Assembly (NCBI RefSeq): GCF_001545095.1
Contig: NZ_CP013213.1
Coordinates: forward strand, 1,200,001 to 1,232,000
DNA: 32,000 nucleotides
Direction: 5' to 3'
Source of the DNA: Erysipelothrix larvae
Lineage (GTDB): Bacteria > Bacillota_I > Bacilli_A > Erysipelotrichales > Erysipelotrichaceae
Shown here piece after piece: positions 1 through 7,756 of the stretch. Under the pieces are notes generated by a model. That model saw only the letters and a list, made by a program, of their open reading frames with translations, made no database searches and had not been told where the DNA came from. Position 1 is the first letter of the stretch; the number at the start of each line of letters is the position of its first letter. A program made the position numbers and the translations under genes.

Positions 1-677
1 GTAATCGTTTGAGCTCCACGAAGACCCACTTCTTCTTGTACACTGGCACCAACATATAGATCAAATGGAAGATCTTTATCTTTAAGGTCGCGCATCAAGT
101 CAAGTCCCATAACACAGCCGTAACGATTATCAAAAGCTTTTGAGAGATAACGATCTCCATCAGCAAGTTGGGTAAAGGATCCTTCTAATACGACCATGTC
201 ACCAATTTGAATTCCCCACGCTTTAATTTCTTCTTTAGATACAGCACCTACATCCGCAATCATGTCTTCAATTTGCATTGGTTTATTGCGTTTTTCTGGT
301 GTTAACATATGTGGAGGTATACTTCCGATTGCACCTTGATATACTTTACCATGACGTGTCGTAACACGAATGCGATGTGCAAGTAGTGTTTGTGAGAACC
401 ATCCACCTACTGGGTGTAGTTTTAATACGCCGGTATCTGTGATATCTTTTACTAAAAATCCAACTTCATCCATATGTCCTAAAATCATGACTTTAGGCGC
501 GTTTTCTTTTGATGAAGGTTTGTGACAGACAATACTTCCTAATTGGTCTGTGATCACATCAAACCCCATTTTTTCATATTCATTTTTAAGATAATGCGCT
601 ACACTGCGTTCATGACCACTTACGCCATCAATTTGAGTACAGGTTTCAAACCATTCTAATTGTTGTTTATCAAGCAT
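1..677 (-). CDS. M42 family metallo-aminopeptidase (glutamyl aminopeptidase / YsdC-like), N-terminal ~225 aa; the 3' end lies beyond the window edge
   Basis: Hand translation from ATG 677..675 gives MLDKQQLEWFETCTQIDGVSGHERSVAHYLKNEYEKMGFDVITDQLGSIVCHK..VMILGHMDEVGFLVKDI..AFDNRYGCV..ASVQEEVGLRGA, the pattern typical of M42 peptidases. The ATG overlaps the trmB stop (ATGCTTGA). Absent from the ORF track because it runs off the window. Confidence 0.8.
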   Translation of the reverse strand, partial: MLDKQQLEWFETCTQIDGVSGHERSVAHYLKNEYEKMGFDVITDQLGSIVCHKPSSKENAPKVMILGHMDEVGFLVKDITDTGVLKLHPVGGWFSQTLLAHRIRVTTRHGKVYQGAIGSIPPHMLTPEKRNKPMQIEDMIADVGAVSKEEIKAWGIQIGDMVVLEGSFTQLADGDRYLSKAFDNRYGCVMGLDLMRDLKDKDLPFDLYVGASVQEEVGLRGAQTI

Positions 678-1308
678 CTTTCTTCCTCCAAATAGCTCGG
701 AAAATCGGTTGTCCTTTTTCCATAAATTTTCGTTCATATTCTGATGTTGGATCTTCTTTTTCCTGACTTCTAAAATCAACATCCAACTCGATTAAATCAA
801 ATCCATTTTGTGTTACCGTTACAACTGAATAATTAAATAGACCAACATTGTCTGTCTTCATCCAAATCTCTCCATTTTGAGATAACACAGTTTTATATAA
901 CTCCAATTTTGAGGGATGGGTTAAGCGACGTTTTTCATGACGCGTTTTTGGCCATGGATCACTGAAGTTTAAGTGAATCACATCAATTTCCCCTTCACCA
1001 AACATTTCAATTAATGACTTAGCATCATTATGGATGAATCGTTTGCGATCTTTACCATATGTTTCAAGTTTTTTTAGCGCAATTGCACCTGCAGTAAAAT
1101 CACGTTCCATACCTATAATACCATCGGGTTGGTATACATCTGCACAGTGGTGCCAATAATCACCTTTTCCTGAGCCGATTTCAAGTCTGAGGCGATCGAC
1201 ACGCATTGTTTCTTTCCAATTTCCTTTTATGTGTTCAAATTCATCGACAATAACGTCCTGATAATCTTCATATACGTCATTGCTCCATTTCTTTTTTCTT
1301 AATCTCAT
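670..1308 (-). CDS. trmB: tRNA (guanine46-N7)-methyltransferase TrmB
   Basis: ORF 670..1359. Protein matches TrmB (..LEIGSGKGDYW.., ..HLNFSDPWPKTRHEKRRL..). I place the start at ATG 1308..1306 (MRLRKKKW..), preceded by GAAGGAAGG. The track start at 1359 lies upstream of the predicted -10 element (1330-1335). Confidence 0.9.
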   Translation of the reverse strand: MRLRKKKWSNDVYEDYQDVIVDEFEHIKGNWKETMRVDRLRLEIGSGKGDYWHHCADVYQPDGIIGMERDFTAGAIALKKLETYGKDRKRFIHNDAKSLIEMFGEGEIDVIHLNFSDPWPKTRHEKRRLTHPSKLELYKTVLSQNGEIWMKTDNVGLFNYSVVTVTQNGFDLIELDVDFRSQEKEDPTSEYERKFMEKGQPIFRAIWRKKDA

Positions 1309-1329
1309 TGAAACCTTCCTTCGGTTAAT

Positions 1330-1338
1330 ATTGTACCA
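1330..1338 (-). promoter_or_regulatory. Extended -10 promoter element (TGgTACAAT) for trmB
   Basis: The minus strand reads TGGTACAAT about 7 nt upstream of a leader carrying the SD GAAGGAAGG and ATG 1308. Confidence 0.4.
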
Positions 1339-1383
1339 TGTTTTCATGATTTTTTTCATCTTTCATCATCTTTCACAAAAATA

Positions 1384-1392
1384 TGTTACAAT
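1384..1392 (+). promoter_or_regulatory. Extended -10 promoter element (TGtTACAAT) for tmcAL; places the transcription start at or next to ATG 1399
   Basis: TG at 1384-1385 and TACAAT at 1387-1392, then 6 nt (GTGCCT), then ATG 1399. No SD is present. Confidence 0.4.
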
Positions 1393-1398
1393 GTGCCT

Positions 1399-2463
1399 AT
1401 GAACTCACATAAACTTAAAATAGCAGGAATCGTCGTTGAATATAACCCATTCCACAATGGACACATCTATCACATTGAAAAGACACGAAATCTTACGCAA
1501 TGTGATGTTTTAATTGCGATTATGTCATCAAACTTTGTACAACGGGGTGAACCCGCAATTATCGATAAATGGGAACGCACACGTGCTGCATTAAATCATG
1601 GGGTGGATTTAGTTTTAGAACTCCCAACACATATTGTACTTCAAAGTGCACAACAATTCGCAACACATGCTGTCGACATGCTTGCTCTTGCAGGTGTTAC
1701 AGATTTAGTTTATGGAAGTGAAACTCTTGAAATACCGCAATTGACTGATTTCAACGCTGATTTGATTGATCAAGGGTTTAGTTATGCCAAAGCAAAAAAC
1801 AGTGATCATAAAGCACCTAATAATATCCTAGGAGCATATTATGAACAAGCTGCACAGAAACATCACATCACTACCCACCGCATTCTTCGAACCAATCAGT
1901 ATCATAGTGAAGAGATCAATGATTCGATTGTTTCAGCGAGTGCAATTCGAAAAGCTGTATTAAACTATCAAGACATCATACACACAACCCCCATGAGTCT
2001 TGATGTCAACGCACTCTATTCAATCGAAGATTACTATCCATTTATCCAGTATGAAATTATTAAAGAAAACAAAACGTTGAATTCTCGTTTTTTAATGCGT
2101 GAAGGGCTTGAAAACAAACTGTATAAAGAAGCGCTTCTTCATGATAAGTATGAGGACTTCTTAGAAGCATGTATCTCCAAACGGTATACAGCAAGTCGGA
2201 TTCGTCGGTCCCTGATGCATATCTATCTTCATACTCCCCAACACATGCCACCCCAAACAACACTGCGTGTTCTTGGGATGAATGGTGTTGGACGAAATTA
2301 CTTAAAAACACAAAAAAACAATGCCAAGTTTGCGACATTGTTTAAAGAAACACAATATAAAGACTTTGAAGAACGCGCATCTTTGTTGTATGCACTTCCG
2401 TATAAAGACCGCTTAACTTCCCTTTCTCAAAAAGAGAAAGAGGGTCCGATTATAGTCCCTTAA
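1399..2463 (+). CDS. tmcAL: tRNA(Met) cytidine acetate ligase TmcAL (YlbM/UPF0348 nucleotidyltransferase)
   Basis: ORF 1393..2463. The N-terminus ..IAGIVVEYNPFHNGHIYHIEK.. is the hallmark HxGH nucleotidyltransferase motif of YlbM/TmcAL. ATG 1399 is preferred over GTG 1393 (see promoter). Confidence 0.85.
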   Translation: MNSHKLKIAGIVVEYNPFHNGHIYHIEKTRNLTQCDVLIAIMSSNFVQRGEPAIIDKWERTRAALNHGVDLVLELPTHIVLQSAQQFATHAVDMLALAGVTDLVYGSETLEIPQLTDFNADLIDQGFSYAKAKNSDHKAPNNILGAYYEQAAQKHHITTHRILRTNQYHSEEINDSIVSASAIRKAVLNYQDIIHTTPMSLDVNALYSIEDYYPFIQYEIIKENKTLNSRFLMREGLENKLYKEALLHDKYEDFLEACISKRYTASRIRRSLMHIYLHTPQHMPPQTTLRVLGMNGVGRNYLKTQKNNAKFATLFKETQYKDFEERASLLYALPYKDRLTSLSQKEKEGPIIVP

Positions 2464-3547
2464 GGGCGATGATGGATTCCCATGGGAAACCATCACGACC
2501 AAAGTGACCAAAGTTCGCGGATTCACGGTAGATTGGACGTAATAAATCCAAAGTTTGGATCATTGACCCTACCTTAAAGTCAAAGTTATTCTTGATAATT
2601 TCTAAGATCTCATCCTGAGGTCTTTTTTCTGTACCATATGTTTCAATATGAATGGACAATGGATCAGTTAATCCAATTGCATAGCTTAATTGAATTTCTA
2701 AGCGATCACATAACCCAGCTGCAACGATGTTTTTCGCAACATAGCGTGCAAAATATGCAGCAGTACGGTCAACTTTTGATGGATCTTTTGAACTGAAGCA
2801 TCCGCCTCCATTACGCGCAACACCACCATAAGTATCCACAACAATTTTACGGCCGGTTGTTCCACTATCACTAAAGGGTCCTGCGATACTGAACGCACCA
2901 CTTGGATTGATAATAATTTTGGTATCGTCACGAAGCCATTTCGAATCAATCACAGGTTTAATCACTTCATTTAATATTGTGTCATGAATTTGTTCTTGTG
3001 AGATGTTTTCATCATGGGATGCGCTCACAAGCACTGTATGAACATAATGAGGTTTCCCATCTTTATATGCCACCGTGACTTGTGTCTTACCATCCGGTTT
3101 TAACCATGATATTTCTCTTTTCAAATCACTTAAGCGTTTTGATAGTTTATGAGCAAGGTCAATGGATAGTGGCATATATGATTCTGTTTCATTTGTTGCA
3201 TAGCCAAACATGATTCCTTGGTCCCCAGCCCCTACATGTTCCGTTGTTGTTACTGCAGAATTTATTTGTGGAGATTGTTTTTGAACTTTTGTAAAGACAT
3301 CAAAGTCTTCTGTATATCCAATATCTGCAACGACTTGTTTTGCAATATTAACATAGTCAATATTTGCTTGAGTATTTGCTTCACCGTATACAAAAATAAA
3401 ATCATCTTTAATCGTAGCTTCTACAGCCATTTTTGAATTTGGATCTTGTCTGAGCGCTTCGTCCAGGATTGCATCTGCAATTTGGTCACACATCTTATCA
3501 GGATGTCCATCGGTAACACTTTCTGATGTAAAAAACACGTCTTTCAT
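2450..3547 (-). CDS. metK: S-adenosylmethionine synthetase (methionine adenosyltransferase)
   Basis: ORF 2450..3547. Contains FTSESVTDGHPDKMCDQIADAILD, GAGDQGIMFGYA, DGKTQVT and GGGCFSSKDPSKVDR motifs. SD GGAGGAAA lies upstream. Confidence 0.95.
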   Translation of the reverse strand: MKDVFFTSESVTDGHPDKMCDQIADAILDEALRQDPNSKMAVEATIKDDFIFVYGEANTQANIDYVNIAKQVVADIGYTEDFDVFTKVQKQSPQINSAVTTTEHVGAGDQGIMFGYATNETESYMPLSIDLAHKLSKRLSDLKREISWLKPDGKTQVTVAYKDGKPHYVHTVLVSASHDENISQEQIHDTILNEVIKPVIDSKWLRDDTKIIINPSGAFSIAGPFSDSGTTGRKIVVDTYGGVARNGGGCFSSKDPSKVDRTAAYFARYVAKNIVAAGLCDRLEIQLSYAIGLTDPLSIHIETYGTEKRPQDEILEIIKNNFDFKVGSMIQTLDLLRPIYRESANFGHFGRDGFPWESIIALKGL

Positions 3548-3570
3548 TAATATTTCCTCCTCTAGATGCT

Positions 3571-3709
3571 AAAAAACCAGACGCAAACAACGACCTGGCT
3601 TAAATTACTGTATTTAAAAGCACTCATCGTCGTTAGCAGTACCACCTTGCTTCAGCAGGTTGGTATGAGGTTACTGAGCTAACTCTCTACCTCAACTCTT
3701 GATAATAGC
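3571..3709 (-). promoter_or_regulatory. SAM-I-like riboswitch leader of metK, including its intrinsic terminator (3571-3598)
   Basis: The minus strand reads CTATTATCAAGAG..GAGGTAGAGAGTTAGCTCAGTAACCTC..AACC..TGCTGAAGCA..GGTGGTACTGCTAACGACGATGAG, with P1 as TTATC/GATGA. A hairpin CCAGGTCG..CGTCTGG plus TTTTTT follows, just upstream of the SD. This is the expected context (metK). Confidence 0.7.
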
Positions 3710-3715
3710 TCCTAG

Positions 3716-3744
3716 ATTATAGCAAACCCTATACTATTATGCAA
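3716..3744 (-). promoter_or_regulatory. sigmaA-type promoter of the metK leader (TTGCAT-N17-TATAAT)
   Basis: -35 TTGCAT at 3744..3739, a 17-nt spacer, and -10 TATAAT at 3721..3716. The riboswitch P1 starts about 10 nt downstream. Confidence 0.55.
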
Positions 3745-3951
3745 TATCTAAAAATACTTGATAATAAAATAACTTTTGGTTTGGGTTTGAATGCACGTTT
3801 GCTTTGAGTATAAATAGAGAAAAAAGCTTGATGCATTTAACTGTTAAGTATAGTTTGCCTTCAAAAAACAATGCGTGTCATCTTTTAATCCTTTGATGTA
3901 CAAGTCAACATCACATGTGTAACTCAGATTACTTATCCCCTTCAAACCCAT

Positions 3952-3973
3952 AAAAAAACCACTAATCAAGTGG
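3952..3973 (-). terminator. Intrinsic terminator after yitT
   Basis: The minus strand reads CCACT-TGATT-AGTGG followed by TTTTTTT. The hairpin overlaps the TAG stop (3964..3962). Confidence 0.7.
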
Positions 3974-4831
3974 CTTCTGACGATAGTTTCCTTCAATGCG
4001 ATCCACAGAGGCAATCTCGATAAATGCTTTGGCATCTGCATCTTTGATTGCTTTCACAACGGGACGAATTTCAAATGAATTCACAACCATATAGAGCATC
4101 GTTTTGTCTTTTTGTGAATAGACGCCCTTCCCTTGAAATTCGGTAATCCCATGGCGCACAATCGACAAGATTGCTTGAGATACAACTTCAGGCTGATCGG
4201 TTATAATATGTAAGCTTGAGAGCTTGTAACGGTCATGATTCTTTGTGAGAATCTCAGTAGAAATAAATTGATAGATAATGGAATAGAGTGATAATTCCCA
4301 ATTACTACGCCAGCCATTATAAATGAGCATGCTCATATTAAAAATCATGATTTTATCCCACATTGGACGATTCTTAACGGTCGAGAAGAATATTGCGATA
4401 AAATCAGTGCCTCCTGTACTTCCGCCAACTTTTAATGCAACACTGATTGCAAGACCATTCACTACCCCACCAAATATTGCAAGCAATACGGGTTCGTGGG
4501 CAAGTTGATAGACAGGTAAAATATCCGAGAAAAAACTGGTAAGTACAACATGCAACAGGGATAATATTACAAATTGTTTACCCAAATGTTTAAATACAAA
4601 CAAGAGTATTGAAACATTGATAAATAAGTAAATTACACCAAATGATAGATTTACATTCAGCAATTCAAGCACTTCACGTTGAACAAGCATCGAAAGTCCG
4701 GTTACACCTGCTGGTACTAAATGTGCTGGACGCACAAAATTAACAATCGCAAATGAAGACATCAAAGACGAAAGGACGATACCAACAATATTTGTACTTG
4801 AGATTGATGGGATTAACTTATGCTTCGTCAT
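3962..4831 (-). CDS. YitT family membrane protein (DUF2179 C-terminal domain)
   Basis: ORF 3962..4993 trimmed to ATG 4831..4829 (MTKHKLIPSIS..). Multi-TM N-terminal region with ..GGSTGGTD.. and a soluble C-terminal ..GITEFQGKGVYSQKDKTMLYMVV..EIASVD.. region typical of YitT/DUF2179. The upstream 54 codons overlap ridA and look non-coding. Confidence 0.85.
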   Translation of the reverse strand: MTKHKLIPSISSTNIVGIVLSSLMSSFAIVNFVRPAHLVPAGVTGLSMLVQREVLELLNVNLSFGVIYLFINVSILLFVFKHLGKQFVILSLLHVVLTSFFSDILPVYQLAHEPVLLAIFGGVVNGLAISVALKVGGSTGGTDFIAIFFSTVKNRPMWDKIMIFNMSMLIYNGWRSNWELSLYSIIYQFISTEILTKNHDRYKLSSLHIITDQPEVVSQAILSIVRHGITEFQGKGVYSQKDKTMLYMVVNSFEIRPVVKAIKDADAKAFIEIASVDRIEGNYRQKPLD

Positions 4832-5267
4832 CACCGCAATCTCCACCACAATCATCCTCATCAATATCAAGTTGAAGATCTTGATCAGTTGTATCATACG
4901 CAATACATTCAACTTCAATTGATGCACCCATAGGCAATGCACTGACCTCATAACAAACACGTGCTGGATATGGTGGTGAGAAATAAATAGCATAGACTTG
5001 ATTTACTTGACTAAAATCATTCATATCTTGTAATAAAACGGTGGTTTTCACAACTTGTCGCAGTGACATATTGGAAGCTTTTAAAACATCTTCCATATTT
5101 TCAAATACTTGAGCGGCTTGTTTACGAATATCCCCTTCAACAAGTTTGTTTGTTTTAGGGTCTACAGGTAATTGCCCTGATACAAAGACAAGTGGACCGA
5201 CTTGTAATCCAGGTGAATAAGGTCCGATAGACTCTAGGCCATTGTTTGGTTTTATTGAACGTTTCAT
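4818..5267 (-). CDS. ridA: RidA family reactive-intermediate (enamine/imine) deaminase with an acidic C-terminal extension
   Basis: ORF 4818..5285. Contains ..IGPYSPG..FVSGQLP.., ..VKTTVLL.D.. and ..ARVCYEVSALPMGASIEVECIA. Start placed at the second ATG (5267), which follows AAGAGGA. Confidence 0.9.
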   Translation of the reverse strand: MKRSIKPNNGLESIGPYSPGLQVGPLVFVSGQLPVDPKTNKLVEGDIRKQAAQVFENMEDVLKASNMSLRQVVKTTVLLQDMNDFSQVNQVYAIYFSPPYPARVCYEVSALPMGASIEVECIAYDTTDQDLQLDIDEDDCGGDCGDDEA

Positions 5268-5285
5268 ACATTTTTCCTCTTTCAT

Positions 5286-5423
5286 CTATAGCAAATCTTG
5301 ATAATATTCATCATCTTTTGTTTTACGGAACATTTTATCAATCTTAAACGCAATAAATATACTTCCAATTACGACTGAGACAATCGCAATAAAACTTATC
5401 ATATCATTGAAATTTTCAATCAT
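5286..5423 (-). CDS. Small (45 aa) single-pass membrane protein, hypothetical; below the ORF-track length cutoff
   Basis: Hand translation: MIENFNDMISFIAIVSVVIGSIFIAFKIDKMFRKTKDDEYYQDLL*. The ATG overlaps the upstream TGA (ATGA). GAGGTG sits 7 nt upstream. It exactly fills the gap to ridA. Confidence 0.45.
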   Translation of the reverse strand: MIENFNDMISFIAIVSVVIGSIFIAFKIDKMFRKTKDDEYYQDLL

Positions 5424-5944
5424 AATGGCACCTCACTGTTGTTTGATTGATAATCAAACATTAATCTCACTAAAGTATAAACACAACCTGCACTAATTAC
5501 AAGCCCCGCGATGCAGGTGATCCAGCCAATTGTGTGTACAATCGATATTGCCCGACCTAAAGTCGAAAAGTTATTCATCATATAAGCCAACCCAAGAAGA
5601 AAGATACTTTGAGCGCCGATACCTACAATACAATGGACTCTATTTTGTAATTGCCATTTCTTATTTGGATGAAGCATTGCAAGCATCCCAAATGCACAAT
5701 AACCCAAAGGGATTGTTGAAGAAATATTTAATATGAATTCAAACACAGATCGATGTTGTGCTAATACTACATTAACAATTCGAACAACGAATAAATCTTG
5801 AGAAGACAATAATGTTGAGGCTTGTGACACTTGAATTACATTGGTTAATAAGACACCTAGATATGCAAAATGAACCCAAAATACAAGCATGATGCATAAG
5901 AACAAGGCCTGTGCTAACACTAGGAATTTATCACTTTTTGTCAT
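5420..5944 (-). CDS. Hypothetical polytopic membrane protein (about 5 TM)
   Basis: ORF 5420..5944. Hydrophobic segments throughout. ATGA overlap with the trmL stop (5941-5944). I recognise no family. Confidence 0.7.
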   Translation of the reverse strand: MTKSDKFLVLAQALFLCIMLVFWVHFAYLGVLLTNVIQVSQASTLLSSQDLFVVRIVNVVLAQHRSVFEFILNISSTIPLGYCAFGMLAMLHPNKKWQLQNRVHCIVGIGAQSIFLLGLAYMMNNFSTLGRAISIVHTIGWITCIAGLVISAGCVYTLVRLMFDYQSNNSEVPL

Positions 5945-6453
5945 TGTGAATCATCCAAAAAGTTTGCTCCTTTTTGGACCTCCTCAACACTTAAATGTGG
6001 ATACCCTTGTTGTCGTAAGACCTCATACACACAAATTGCTACAGTATTTGAAAGATTGAGACTGCGTGCTTCTTTTGCCATAGGTACTCTAAAACAATGA
6101 TCCAGATGTTCTTTTAAAATATTTAAAGGAATCCCTGTGCTTTCAGCACCAAACACTAAATAAATATCTTCATCGGTATCTTTAAAGTTAAACTCTGAGT
6201 GTGGTTTGTGACCATAGCGCGTTAAAAAGTAAACCTGACCTGATACTGTGGTCATAAATTCTTCAAAACTTGGATGAATTGTGTAGTGAAGGTAATCGAA
6301 ATAGTCCATTACCGATCGACGCACTCTTTTTTCATCAAATTTAAACCCTAAAGGTTCAATCAGATGTAAATGTGCTTCAGTTGCGACACATGTGCGCATA
6401 ATATTGCCTGTGTTTTGAGGAATCTCAGGATTATAAAGTACGATGTGAATCAT
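5941..6453 (-). CDS. trmL: tRNA (cytidine/uridine34-2'-O)-methyltransferase, SpoU/TrmH family (TrmL/CspR)
   Basis: ORF 5941..6453. Contains MIHIVLYNPEIPQNTGNIMRTC..LHLIEPLGF.. and ..LVFGAESTGIP..SLNLSN.. motifs. SD GGAGGG. Confidence 0.9.
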   Translation of the reverse strand: MIHIVLYNPEIPQNTGNIMRTCVATEAHLHLIEPLGFKFDEKRVRRSVMDYFDYLHYTIHPSFEEFMTTVSGQVYFLTRYGHKPHSEFNFKDTDEDIYLVFGAESTGIPLNILKEHLDHCFRVPMAKEARSLNLSNTVAICVYEVLRQQGYPHLSVEEVQKGANFLDDSQ

Positions 6454-7123
6454 GTTTTACCCTCCAATCTAAATAAGCGTATACACCCATTATTACTGCA
6501 AACAGTGATATAAATGCGATCACAATTCGTTGAACCATTGCACTAAAGAATGGTTCTGGGAACATTTGTATCATGCGGTCAGTACGCGGGTCTAAAAGCC
6601 ATAAGTCATTTGAGAAAAAGACTTCATGAAATTGAGTCCAAAATGCATTGAAATCAATGAAAGCATAAAAGGCAATGCCGCCAATTATCATGCCACTGAT
6701 AATCAAAGCATTTTGAAGGTTTTTCCTATTTTGAGCAAGATCATTATAGTGGTTTAGCCCCATTGCAATGAGCGCTAAAATTGCGGCATATAAAGCAAGA
6801 CCTGTACGAACCATCATCGCATTTTGGTATAAATCTCTCACATCAACCATATGTGCTTTTTCACGGGCATTAAACATTTCAACGTCGTATCCATTTACAT
6901 TCACCACAAGGTCAATTGAATCACGCGTTCCCTTAATATACTCAAGTAAAACTGCGGTTGCTTTATCGAGATCTTCTTCAGACATACGCATTGTTTCCGC
7001 GGTATTTAATTGATGATACATTTTTGTGAAAAAAACGAGGTTAAATGCTGTTATTGATATTACTGTAAGTAACAAAGAAAAGATAAGCGCAACAATCCCG
7101 CTAACATATACTTTATTTCTCAT
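6431..7123 (-). CDS. TIGR01906/DUF1461 family integral membrane protein
   Basis: ORF 6431..7153 (TTG start) trimmed to ATG 7123..7121 (MRNKVYVSG..). N-terminal TM, and a C-terminal ..WTQFHEVFFSNDLWLLDPRTDRMIQMFPEPFF.. block characteristic of this family. Confidence 0.75.
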   Translation of the reverse strand: MRNKVYVSGIVALIFSLLLTVISITAFNLVFFTKMYHQLNTAETMRMSEEDLDKATAVLLEYIKGTRDSIDLVVNVNGYDVEMFNAREKAHMVDVRDLYQNAMMVRTGLALYAAILALIAMGLNHYNDLAQNRKNLQNALIISGMIIGGIAFYAFIDFNAFWTQFHEVFFSNDLWLLDPRTDRMIQMFPEPFFSAMVQRIVIAFISLFAVIMGVYAYLDWRVKHDSHRTL

Positions 7124-7709
7124 TAGGAGTCTGTTCCTTAATATATTCAACAAACTTTCTTAAGGCAATTCCACGGTGAGATATTTGATTTTTAATATCT
7201 GAATCAAGTTGTGCATAGGTACACTCAAAACCATTTGGAATAAAAATTGGATCATAACCAAATCCACCATCACCAACGATTGAATGGGCAATTTGGCCCT
7301 TTACTTCACCGATAAATATTTTGTGTGTTTCATCTGTTACATATGAAATTGCACTTACAAACATACTTGAACGATCCGATTGCGTCTGGTAGAGTTCTAA
7401 GATTCGATTGTTTTTAATATCATAGGGTGTATCTTCTCCCATAAAACGGGCTGAATAGACACCTAATATATCTGGAAAAGCATTAAGTACAAGTCCGGAG
7501 TCATCGGCGATGGTTGGGATGTGACACAGATCGAATACATACTTTGCTTTTAAATAAGCATTTTCTTCAAATGTTGTTCCGGTTTCTTCAAAATGTTCAA
7601 GATCAATTCCGACATAATCAACGCCTAATACTTCATAACCATAATGTCCTAAAATTTCATTAAATTCTTTAATTTTACCTTTATTGTGACTCGCAACGAC
7701 AATCTTCAT
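7113..7709 (-). CDS. rdgB: Non-canonical purine NTP (dITP/XTP) pyrophosphatase, RdgB/HAM1 family
   Basis: ORF 7113..7709. Contains MKIVVASHNKGKIKEF.., ..ADDSGL.., ..GFGYDPIF.. and ..ISHRG.. motifs. SD GGAGGGAA. Confidence 0.9.
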   Translation of the reverse strand: MKIVVASHNKGKIKEFNEILGHYGYEVLGVDYVGIDLEHFEETGTTFEENAYLKAKYVFDLCHIPTIADDSGLVLNAFPDILGVYSARFMGEDTPYDIKNNRILELYQTQSDRSSMFVSAISYVTDETHKIFIGEVKGQIAHSIVGDGGFGYDPIFIPNGFECTYAQLDSDIKNQISHRGIALRKFVEYIKEQTPNEK

Positions 7710-7741
7710 GCGTTTCCCTCCTACAAATCATCCATACTTCA

Positions 7742-7750
7742 TGATATACT
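7742..7750 (+). promoter_or_regulatory. Extended -10 promoter element (TGaTATACT) placing the transcription start at or next to ATG 7757
   Basis: TG at 7742-7743 and TATACT at 7745-7750, then 6 nt (AACTCT), then ATG 7757. No SD is present. Confidence 0.4.
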
Positions 7751-7756
7751 AACTCT

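Noticed and set aside
1342-1376. Phased TTTCAT/TTTCAC repeats (1342, 1354, 1361, 1371) between the divergent trmB and tmcAL promoters
   Set aside because: They may simply be T-rich spacer or UP-element-like DNA. The spacing is irregular (12, 7 and 10 nt), so I do not call a binding-site array.
2060-3436. Short ORFs 2060-2338(-), 2698-2949(-) and 3218-3436(+)
   Set aside because: They are embedded in, or antisense to, the well-supported tmcAL and metK genes. They have no SD and Cys/Phe/Leu-rich junk composition.
3844-4041. 65-aa minus-strand ORF straddling the yitT 3' end and terminator
   Set aside because: It overlaps the yitT coding end and runs through its intrinsic terminator. It has no SD, so it is unlikely to be expressed.
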